The translations under genes and the position numbers were made by a program. The notes beneath the pieces were generated by a model. That model ran no database searches, was not told where the DNA came from, and saw nothing but the letters and a program-made list of their open reading frames with translations. Below, piece by piece: positions 8,971-18,683 of a stretch of 64,000 nucleotides of DNA. The DNA lies in sequence record OR836606.1; one strand, written 5' to 3'. Numbering within the stretch: the stretch's first letter is position 1; the number at the start of each line of letters is the position of its first letter.

Positions 8971-11900
8971 TTGAAATATCTTAATAGATTAAAAAATCTT
9001 AAATTCTATTCAATATCTGGATATAAAATTAAAGCTATTGATGAAGAAATCGAAGATAAGAAAAAAGATCAGTTAGTTATTTATAAAGGTTTTAAAGAAA
9101 ATTCATTTACTGATTTTTTAAATAGTGGATTATTATATCATCAGAATTTTAAGAATATCTATATTCCGAGATTGTATAGAACTAGAAATAGAAGAACTAG
9201 ATTATTAACAAATATAACAGATTATCAAAAAGAGATTAAATCTAAATCTTACAAACAGTATAGAGTTGAAAGAAATGAGAAATTATTTAAAGGTAGAAAC
9301 TATATTGTTGATTCAACTAAATTTATTGATTTAGAAGATAAATCATTAATAACTAGAAATTTTAATACAGTATTGGATTCAATTAAATCAACTTTTAATT
9401 CTTTAAATAATGCAGAAGATTACAATAATTTATTATATGTAATTAATGTTGATGGGTATAATAAGTCTTCTCAAGAAGCAATTAGACCTAATACAAAAGA
9501 TTTCATGTCAAGCTTATTCATGATGATTAAGAATCAAGAGGAATTACCTCATGGTGAAAATCAAAATATTAATTTATTATTTGTCTCATTAGATAATGGA
9601 ATAATGTTTAAATTTGATTATAAAGATTATAATAAACTTAATATGAGACTTAGACAAAGATTAAGAAGAATCATTGATACTAATACACAAGCATTAGATA
9701 CTGATGAAATTAGTAAAGTTGAAGATGATGACAATACTGAAGCTGTAGATGGAGTAATTAAAAAGAAAGCATTTGATAATGTAGGAACAATTGATCCTAT
9801 CGAAGCTCAGAACGATGAAGCTGAATATGAAAATGATGAACAGTTAGAAAAAATATCTAATAAAATAGATTCTACAATAAGTTATATTAGATCATTAGAC
9901 AATACTGAAATGGATGTTGATGATGAATATAATATAGCTATGATAATTGAAAAAGAATTAAATAATAATAAAGATTTAATTGATATTGATACTGAAACAT
10001 TATATTCGGATGTATTGGATAAAAATGATTCATTTAAATCAATTAAGAGAAATATTAAAAATAAATCTAGTATTGGCGATGAAGCACTTAAAAATACTAA
10101 AAAGATATTAGCTTTATCCAAGAAACAAGATGAATACCTTAATGATTTAGAGGATTTTAGCTTTTCTGAAGATAAATTAATCGATAGAGAAATTAATGAA
10201 AATATTAATAATATTAATGAAGAGACTATTAATAATATTGCTTCTAATGATTTTGATGTTTCTTATATGCAAAAAACATTTAATAAAGACTTTATTGATA
10301 TAATGAAAAGCTTTAATGACAATGAAGATATTCCGGTATTTATTAATAAAATGAATATTGAAGATAATTCAGATAGTCAATCATTAAAAAATACAGTTAA
10401 AGTTCAATTTAGAAGTCCAGACGGTTTAACTCATAATGTTAAATTTGATGTTCCTAAAGTTATTGACGGTAAGTACATGAAGCTTAACGGTGGGAAAAAG
10501 ATATTAACTAAACAGTTAATGATGTGGCCAATCGTTAAATATAAACCGGATTGTTCATAACAGTCCACTTTTATAGCAATATGAAAGTAAAAAGAATATT
10601 AATTGCTGAAACGGTTTTATTAAATTAATCAGCATCAATTATTATTAATTGTTCAACGACTAAATATATTCACTCTTATTGAGAGTATGATATAGTCTGT
10701 GCTCTAAATTGATAATTTAGAGATTGTATAAAATACAGATAAAAAATTCATATCAGAATTTCTCTTAACATATTTTTATAATATGATTAGGAGGTGAAAT
10801 TAAATGATAAACAAAAACGGAAAATTAGTTAAATCTTTCAAAACTAGAATATACCCAAATCAAGATCAAATAAATTATTTCAATAAATGTTTTGGTGTAA
10901 GAAGAAAAATATGGAATATGGCTTTAGAAGACTATCAAAATAAAGATGATGACGCTCAATTTAGCGGATTTGATTATCAGAAAAAATTAAATAATGAAAT
11001 TTATGAATCTGGTAAATATCCCTATCTTTATGAAGTTAATAGCATGGTTAGACAAGAAGCTTTAAAAGACTTAGATGAATCTTTTAAAATATATAGAAAT
11101 GAACAAAAGAAAGCTAGAAAGTCTAAAGATGCAATTGACACTGAAAAATTTAAACCCAAGTTTAAAAAGAAAAAACATTCTAATGAGTCATTTAGATTTA
11201 TGGTTAAAGATAAGAAATATTTACCTATTAGATTTTTATCTAAGAAATGGATAAAAATTTCCGTAATGAAAGGAATTAAACCTTTTATAATCAAATCTAA
11301 AGAATCAATGAAGTTTATTAATTCTAATAACCATAGATTTCTCACTTACACTATAAGCAGAAAGAATGAAAAATATTATATTTCTGTAACTTATGAGATA
11401 AACAATTATAAGAAACAGAGATTGAATAATGATTCAATTGGTATTGATATGGGTATGAAAACACCATTAGTATGTGTAGATTCAAATGGTCAAACATTTG
11501 AATTTAAAATCCCACATAACTTATGGAAACAAGAAAGAAAAACTGAGAAATTGCAAGCAAAACTATCAAGTAAGAAATATTATTCAAAATCATATTACAA
11601 AACTTTAAAACAATTAAGAAAATCTTATAATAGAGAGTGTAATATATTAGAAGATTATAGAGATAAAATCACTAATTGGTTAGTTAAAAACTATAAAGTG
11701 ATTAATATTGAACCATATAGTCATAAAGCTTCTAATAATTTAAGAAATGCTCGTAGATCTAATAGAAGATTTGGCAAATATGATTTCCTAGAAAAATTAA
11801 AGTATAAGATTTTACAATATGATAATGAATTGAATATAATTACTAAAAAGAAAACTACACAAACATGCTCATCATGCGGTTATGTAAGAACTAACGATGA

Positions 11901-14900
11901 GAAACTTGTCATTGGCGATGATATTCATGATTGTCCTAAATGTAATGTAGTTCTTGATAGAGATTTAAATGCGGCTAAAAATATTCTAGATTTAAAATAT
12001 GTTTAATTAATTTCACAAAATAAAAGATATGAGAGTCGCCTGCGGTCAGCGGGAGACGATAAACGGGTGATAAGCTAATGTCTGATTAGCTTTACAAGGA
12101 GTACAGAGGTACCTCTATACGTTAGTCACTGAGCCAAGTGTATTTTATACAAGATCTTGCCTTTAGATTTAATTATTTAAAATCAAGATTTAACAAGACA
12201 GACAGTATGGATTACAACTAACTATAATAAATTCATTATAGAAAAATTTGGTTATAAAGAAAATGCTGAAACTGAATGGATCAAGAAAGTTATTGAAGAT
12301 GACCAAGTTATAGATTATATTGAAAATAAATCTAACTTATCTGTTAAAAAAGGTAATGCTTCTTTAATCAATAATAAATATGTAACTTCAGTTATTTATA
12401 ATAGCTTATCTAGAAATATATTAAATTTCCAAGATGACACTAATGTACTTGAATTTAATCAAAGAAGTTTATTAGCGATGATTTCTGATAGTGCTAGTTT
12501 ATCTAAAATTGATTATGATCAAGATAAATATTTCCCTATTGGTTATAATATTAATAAATCTAAATTAATATTAGCAGATAAGACAGAATCTGTTATGTAT
12601 GAATGTAGTAAGACTAATATTAAGTCAATGGAAATGAATATATTTGATTACCTTATTGATAAATTAGACAATGAAGTTGACTTTGGTGTTATTGATAAGA
12701 AATTCAGTAAGAATATTCAGGCTAATAAGACTATGGCATTTTCACGTGTTAAAATTACTAATAAATTAGTACCTACAATTTTATTATTAGGTTTCTATAA
12801 AGGTTTAACTAGTATTCTTGATCTTTATGAAGTTGATTATAAATTTACTACTGAGAATGAAAGAATTAGTATTCATGATAAAAAGAATAAAATTAAATTC
12901 CAAGATGGTTATTTAATATACTCTACTGATAAATTAAGATATGATTTATTAATGTCTGGATTAACTGTATTGCCTACATCACAATACAATTTCAGTGATT
13001 TTGAAACTGAAACACCTTACTTAGAATATTTCAATGATAAATTCTACAGTCGTAATGTTGGTAAAGGTATCAAAAATACTATGGATTTAGCAATGGATCC
13101 TATTACTAAAGAAGTATTAAGGGATTTAAAACTTCCTGATAATATGGTTGAATTATTACTATTAGCTAATACGATGTTAGAAGATGTATCAGCTAGAGAT
13201 CATAATGATATGGGAATTTATCGTGTACGTGGCCCAGAACAAATTAATGCATTATTATATAAAATGATGGCAAATGCTTATAAAGAATATTCAGATTCTT
13301 ATAATAATAAAAATCCTAAGAATATTTCAGTTAAACAAGATCAATTAATTAAAACTATTATGGAACAACCTACAGTGGATGAAGTATCTGATTTAAACCC
13401 TAACTTAGAAATAGATAAGATGACTTCTGTTACATTTAAAGGACCTGCTGGACGTAACTCTGAACAATCATATGAACCTGATATTCGTTCTTACGATGAA
13501 AGTATGCAAGGTATATTAGGAATAAGTACACCTGACAGTAATAAGGTAAATTACTTGCCCTTAATTACAGTAATGTAATTCAATGAAAATTTATTAATTG
13601 CTAAAAATCTTTATTAAGATGATCAGCATCACTAAAAATAGTGTTCAACGACTAAATATAAATTCACTTATTATAAGTGTAAGATATAGTCTAATCTGTA
13701 TTAGATTATTATAGAATAATACAAATGAGGTATTGTCAGACAACTTTCATATGATACACAAATTAAATCTACTCGTGGTTATACTGATGGTAGTAAAAAA
13801 GATGTAAGTGATACAGCTTTATACACACCATTAGAATTATTAAATCCATATACTAGTAGACATGCGGATATACGAAATGAGGTAAGTTCGCAATAAAATT
13901 ATTTAATTGCTGGAAAGCTTTATTAAGTTAATCAGCATCAGTTAAAGACTGTTCAACGACTAAATAATAATTACCATTTATATGGTGAAGATATAGTCTA
14001 ATCTATATTAATTTAATATAGAATAATAAAAATGTCACCTCGTATAGGAATGACTGGTATTAAAATGAATGCCCTTTATTATAGTAATATAATATACGAA
14101 AAATATTTAATTGCTAAGAATCTTTAATTAAAGAAATTAGCATCAAATTAATACAATTTGTTCAACGACTAAATAATATTATACTTATTTAAGTATTTGA
14201 TATAGTCTGATCTGTATTAAATTAATACAGTTAACATAAATGACTCAAGCTAAGCATTTAATTGCTACTAAAACAAATGACCGTCCATTAGTTGGTTCCG
14301 GTGTAGATAAATCTTTAGCCTACCAAATTTCAGACACATTTGCTTTTAAAGCTAAAGAAGATGGAAAAGTAACTTCTATTAATGAGAAAACAGGATTAAT
14401 GATTGTTGAATATATTAATGGAGATAAAGATGTAATTGATATATCTGAAAAACTTGCTAAAAACTCTAATGGCGGATTTTATCAAAATAATAAACTTACA
14501 CCGCAATTTGAAGTAGGTAAGAAATTTAATAAAGGACAAATATTAGCTAAAAATGATAATTACTTTGCAGGTTCTGGTAGTAATAATGATATTCAATTCA
14601 CTGCTGGTAAATTATCTAAAGTTGCAGTAGCTAGCTCATATGGTATTATAAATGCCTTTCATTATAGTAATATAATGTATAAAAAATATTTAATTGCTGG
14701 AAAGTCTTTATTAAGACAATCAGCATCATTAATTTATAATGTTCAACGACTAAATAATATTATACTTAATTAATATGTATTTGATATAGTCTAATCTGTA
14801 TTGATTAACTCTTAATGCAGTTAATATAAATGACTTATGAGGACAGTTCTATTATTTCTAATAGTATGTCTGAAGCTATGTCAACTAAAGTTACTATGAA

Positions 14901-15591
14901 GAAAACAGTAAATTTAGCTTCCAATACGAATATTCAATATATTGTAAAAGAAGGTCAAAATGTACGTACAGGAGACCCATTAATGATATTTGAGAATTCA
15001 TTTGATGATGAAGGTATCGGTTCTTTATTAGATAAAATTGGATCTGAATTTGAACAAGAAATCCAAGATATTTCTAATAGAGCTGTTAGATCTAAATATA
15101 CAGGCGTAATTAAGAAAGTAAATATCTATTATAATGATGATATTGAAAATATGTCTCCTACATTAGCTAAATTGGTTAATAGTTATATTAATAAATCTAA
15201 GAATAAATATAAAGAATATAAAAATGCAGTTAAAGGTAACAAATCTACATTACCTGGATTAGATGTAGATATTCCTGCAGTTGAAAAAATCAATAATGAA
15301 AAAATTAAAGGTGAAAAAGTTGATGGTGTTCTTATTGAAATCTTTACAGAATATGAAGATGATATGAGTATCGGTGATAAGATTAGTTTCTATGGGGCGT
15401 GTAAAACGGTCATTGCTGACGTTACTCCACCTGACGAATCCCCTTATGCAGAATATAGACCTGATGAAGAAATTGAAGCTATATTCTCTCCATTAAGTAT
15501 CGTGTCTCGTATGACTACAGATATATATCTCATGTTGTTTACCAATAAAGCACTCATAGAGCTTAAGAGAAAAGTTAAAGATATGCTTTAA
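8971..15591 (+). CDS. rpoB: RNA polymerase beta subunit (probably virion RNAP), spliced from 6 exons, 1417 aa
   Basis: Exons 8971-10551, 12202-13547, 13728-13869, 14035-14058, 14243-14644 and 14833-15591 total 4254 nt and are in frame. Junctions: KYKPD|TVWITT, NKV|GIVRQLS, RHAD|SPRIGMTG|TQAKH, SSYG|TYEDS. Also GDKIS and SPLSIVSRM motifs. Confidence 0.9.
10767..10796 (+). promoter_or_regulatory. Late-type promoter motif and RBS inside In3, upstream of tnpB
   Basis: AACA-TATTTT-TA (10767-10778) matches the AR9 late consensus AACA-N6-TA; AGGAGGTG at 10789-10796. Confidence 0.55.
10804..12006 (+). CDS. tnpB: TnpB RNA-guided endonuclease (intron-encoded)
   Basis: N-terminal HTH (KTRIYPNQDQ); RuvC D/E/D in IGIDMG, INIEP and DRDLNAA; Zn finger CSSC..CPKC. 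Confidence 0.93.
   Translation: MINKNGKLVKSFKTRIYPNQDQINYFNKCFGVRRKIWNMALEDYQNKDDDAQFSGFDYQKKLNNEIYESGKYPYLYEVNSMVRQEALKDLDESFKIYRNEQKKARKSKDAIDTEKFKPKFKKKKHSNESFRFMVKDKKYLPIRFLSKKWIKISVMKGIKPFIIKSKESMKFINSNNHRFLTYTISRKNEKYYISVTYEINNYKKQRLNNDSIGIDMGMKTPLVCVDSNGQTFEFKIPHNLWKQERKTEKLQAKLSSKKYYSKSYYKTLKQLRKSYNRECNILEDYRDKITNWLVKNYKVINIEPYSHKASNNLRNARRSNRRFGKYDFLEKLKYKILQYDNELNIITKKKTTQTCSSCGYVRTNDEKLVIGDDIHDCPKCNVVLDRDLNAAKNILDLKYV
12007..12201 (+). ncRNA. Putative omegaRNA scaffold of In3 TnpB
   Basis: GC-richer stems directly after tnpB (GTCGCCTGC/GCGGGAGAC, AAGCTAAT/ATTAGCTT, AGAGG/CCTCT), ending at the intron 3' splice site. Confidence 0.6.
13548..13727 (+). ncRNA. In4: mini group I intron, 180 nt
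   Basis: Junction AAG GT|A GGT; IGS GCC; core motifs; ends AAAUG. Confidence 0.88.
13870..14034 (+). ncRNA. In5: mini group I intron, 165 nt
   Basis: P1 UGCGGAU/GUUCGCA; P10-like GAGGU pairing with 3' exon ACCUC; core motifs. Confidence 0.9.
14059..14242 (+). ncRNA. In6: mini group I intron, 184 nt
   Basis: Junction GGT|ACTCAAG; P4 GCUA/UAGC; sister of In2. Confidence 0.9.
14645..14832 (+). ncRNA. In7: mini group I intron, 188 nt
   Basis: Junction GGT|ACTTATG; IGS AUGCC; core motifs. Confidence 0.9.
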
Positions 15592-15599
15592 TATTATAT

Positions 15600-15628
15600 A
15601 CCCTAACCATTTATACTTTGGTTAGGGT
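15600..15628 (+). terminator. Terminator after rpoB
   Basis: ACCCTAACCA / TGGTTAGGGT stem followed by a T-rich tail. Confidence 0.75.
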
Positions 15629-15695
15629 TATTTTTAATAAATCATTATTTTAACACATTAATATTAATAAAATAAATAGAAATGAGGAAAATATA

Positions 15696-16724
15696 ATGGA
15701 TTTGAAATCTTTAGAAGAATCTCTAGACAAAGAATTTAATTTAGTTAATGAAGATCCAGAACAAGATTTTTTTAAAAGCATGATAGGGGTTATCATAAAT
15801 CAATATCAAAAAGGGATAGATGGTTTAACAAAACAAGGATATGCTAACTTCCAACCTAGTAAATTTGTTTATGCAGGAACTAATATAAACTTAGAAGTAA
15901 AATGTAAAAACCTAGTTAGTGGAGAAAATACAGAAAGAGATTTTGCTGTAGTTAGAATTAATAGAACTATTGCTTCAGGAGGACAGTATGAAAGCTTAAT
16001 GAATAGAAATAAATCATCTGTATTCCCTGAACTTAAAAAGATGAAACCTTCAGATGAAGCTAAAAAAGCTGCTGAAAGTAGAATTAAGAAGGATAAAATA
16101 AAATTAGAACTTTAAAAAGATATCGAGGATATTAGAAATACTAAAGATAAACAAGAGAAAAAAAGAAAGATTAAAGAATATAAAGAAAAATTGAAAAATA
16201 GTAAGAAAAAATTAAATGAAGAATTAAAAAGAGATATTGACACTGATAAAGAAGAACCTATTTGTGAAGAATGTGGATCTAAAATGTCTCCAAATGAATC
16301 AGGTCAATTAGTATGTGAAGAATGTGGTAACACTTCTGATGTTGCAGTTCAAGAAGGAGTTGTTGAACCTGATAATCTTGAAGCAGATTTTGCTAAAGCT
16401 TGTATGAATTTTAAAATAAAAGCTAAAAGTAATGGCATTAGAATTGATTCAGGTAATGCTGTAGTTGTAGCCAAACGTACTGGTGGTAAAAATGCTGCTT
16501 TGGAGGTACCTATTAAATATAAAGGTAAAGATAAAATTAGAAGAATACCGATTGGTATAGTTGCAGATCGTTTCAAAGAAGCACAAAAATGGGTTCAAAG
16601 TAATGGTAATAAATTTGTATCCATCTTTAAGAAAGCTCCTGATAAGAAACCTGAAATTGATGAAGATGATAAAGTTATTGAGAACTTAGAAAAAATATTA
16701 GATGAAGAATTTAATTTAAACTAA
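15696..16724 (+). CDS. Probable virion head protein interrupted by one in-frame TAA (track ORFs 15696-16115 and 16191-16724)
   Basis: Both ORFs share a frame, and the 25 codons between TAA 16113-16115 and 16191 are open. CxxC Zn ribbons; LExxLDxEFNL motif at both ends. Confidence 0.65.
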
Positions 16725-16767
16725 ACTATATAGAAAAAAATAAATTAAGAAAGTAGGAATTATAATT

Positions 16768-17277
16768 ATGGAAGATTTTTTACAAGAAACACTATTAAAT
16801 GAAGGTAAAGTAAGAGACACTGCTAGAAAAATGTTAAACCCTTCCGATAAAGATACTGAAGAAAGATTCGTAGCACGTGCTACTAAAAAGAAAGCTAAAA
16901 TTATCGCCAAAGGTAAAAAGTTTGATGAAAATGAATTTAGTTTAGACGCAGAAAAAGATGGAACAGTTAACTTTATTTTTAGATTAGTTGACAAATCAGG
17001 GTCTTCTTCTGTATTACAACGTTTTATTCAGGTATGCAAATTTTCAGATCCTGAGAAAGCTAAGAAATGGGCTCAAGCTAATGAAAAGAAATATATTGCA
17101 TTATTCAAAAAATTACCTACTAAATTAAATGAAGCTATGGAAAATAAAATTGATTCAGTTGTAAGTCCTGTTGAAGAAGCTTTATTTAGTTTATTTGAAG
17201 CTATTAAAGAAGAAGAACAAACTAATGAAGAAATCAATTCTTTAGAAGAAGCTTTAGATAGAGAATTCGGTCTTTAA
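16768..17277 (+). CDS. Probable virion head protein
   Basis: 169 aa; C-terminal SLEEALDREFGL; a region (KKAQKW-like) similar to the C-terminus of the upstream gene. Confidence 0.7.
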   Translation: MEDFLQETLLNEGKVRDTARKMLNPSDKDTEERFVARATKKKAKIIAKGKKFDENEFSLDAEKDGTVNFIFRLVDKSGSSSVLQRFIQVCKFSDPEKAKKWAQANEKKYIALFKKLPTKLNEAMENKIDSVVSPVEEALFSLFEAIKEEEQTNEEINSLEEALDREFGL

Positions 17278-17283
17278 TTTTTT

Positions 17284-17316
17284 ATCCCAATACCTTATAT
17301 TAATAGGTATTGGGAT
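17284..17316 (+). terminator. Hairpin of the CCCAATAC family
   Basis: ATCCCAATACCT / AGGTATTGGGAT. Confidence 0.75.
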
Positions 17317-17394
17317 TATTATATTAAAACAAAATTCAAAGATAACAATACCATATACGAAAATTAATAAAGAAAGTGAGGATAATGAGAATAT

Positions 17395-18663
17395 ATGGGT
17401 ACATTTATATCAAATGATGAATTACAACCAAAAGATATTGTAAATAGTTACGTATCCTCATATTTATCCGGTACAGAAAAATATAGTAAGTTTCAAGCAG
17501 GAGCTCCTAGTTTTGTTACATACTATAGTAAAGATCATGAGAAATCTACTTCTGATCGTTCACTAGATAATGTTGAAGAAATTATTGGAGATAATTCTCC
17601 ACTGAAATATAACAAATTAAAAGATTTTCCCTTATATAATGTAGCTGAAATGAATCCTACAATTGAATGGGACGAAGAATGGGGAACTGATAAAGACCTA
17701 GAATCTGAAGCGGTTATATTACCAGGTACTATTGAACCTTTACCAGATGATTTTATTGTATTTCAGTATCAATCTAAAGAAAATGCAACTAGTAGAATAT
17801 ATCGTGTAACTAACGTAGAAATGAGTTCACTAGAGAATTCAGCTTACTATAAAATACAATATCAGAATTTTAATGTTAATACAGAAGATATTGAAAATCA
17901 AGTATCAAACGTGTATAGAACAGTATTTTCCAATATTGGAACAGATAATAAATCGCTGATATTAGAAGAAGATTTCTATCAAGTTAATCACAGTATTAAA
18001 TATGCTGATGAATTTTCACAAATATTTATTGATCATTTCTATAATTCTTCATTAAATACTTTTATTTACTATGAAGATGAGTTCAGTGCAGTTGCATCAA
18101 CTAAATATATTGATTTGAATTTATCTAGATTTATTTATGATAATAATCTATTAGTAAAATCTAACACCTATCTTTCTAATATATTACCTTATAAAGATAA
18201 AAATCCTAAGAATGAAAGAATAAATCAAAAGAATTATAAATTCTCTCTATATGAAAAATTAAAGGATAAAAAGACTTTACCTAATGTTATTACTCTTAAT
18301 GACACTAAGGATAATTTCTTAAAAATGTTTAGAGAGAAGTATAAAGAAATAAGCTTCGTTCATAAAAGTATAGAAGACACTGAAGTATTAGATGGATTAA
18401 ACGATTTTATAGAATTGAGTAATTTAACTAAGATTAATGAAGTTAATGAAGATTATCAAGGCACTAAAAGTTTAACTTACTTTGACGATAGATATAAATT
18501 AATCTCAATGTATATGAATGATGAAAAGGTAGAAGAAAAAATATTAAGTAAAGTGTTTAATTACTATGATGATAAATATGATATGAATATGGAAGATTAT
18601 GTATTACTTCCGTGTATATTATTTATTATTAAAGATAGTATTGAAGGAACTTTTAGAAAATAA
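17395..18663 (+). CDS. Putative virion structural protein
   Basis: 422 aa in a late-gene cluster, behind an AACA-N6-TA motif (17344-17355). Confidence 0.6.
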   Translation: MGTFISNDELQPKDIVNSYVSSYLSGTEKYSKFQAGAPSFVTYYSKDHEKSTSDRSLDNVEEIIGDNSPLKYNKLKDFPLYNVAEMNPTIEWDEEWGTDKDLESEAVILPGTIEPLPDDFIVFQYQSKENATSRIYRVTNVEMSSLENSAYYKIQYQNFNVNTEDIENQVSNVYRTVFSNIGTDNKSLILEEDFYQVNHSIKYADEFSQIFIDHFYNSSLNTFIYYEDEFSAVASTKYIDLNLSRFIYDNNLLVKSNTYLSNILPYKDKNPKNERINQKNYKFSLYEKLKDKKTLPNVITLNDTKDNFLKMFREKYKEISFVHKSIEDTEVLDGLNDFIELSNLTKINEVNEDYQGTKSLTYFDDRYKLISMYMNDEKVEEKILSKVFNYYDDKYDMNMEDYVLLPCILFIIKDSIEGTFRK

Positions 18664-18683
18664 TTTAAGGAGGATATTTAAAA

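Larger units (their letters stand above)
10552..12201 (+). mobile_element. In3: group I intron (mini-type core) carrying tnpB; IStron-like, no tnpA
   Basis: P1 GGAU/GUCC; core at about 10605-10698; tnpB inserted after P9; 3' end ...AAGACAG; removing it restores the rpoB frame. Confidence 0.88.

Noticed and set aside
10552-12201. Plain IS200/IS605 insertion disrupting rpoB (also considered for 58831-60741)
   Set aside because: Both TnpBs are embedded in recognisable ribozymes with frame-restoring junctions, and no TnpA is present
13548-14832. Recurrent GTTCAACGACTAAATA motif as a CRISPR or other repeat array
   Set aside because: Spacing is irregular, the copies sit inside coding genes, and the motif is the P6/P7 region of group I introns; no cas genes are present
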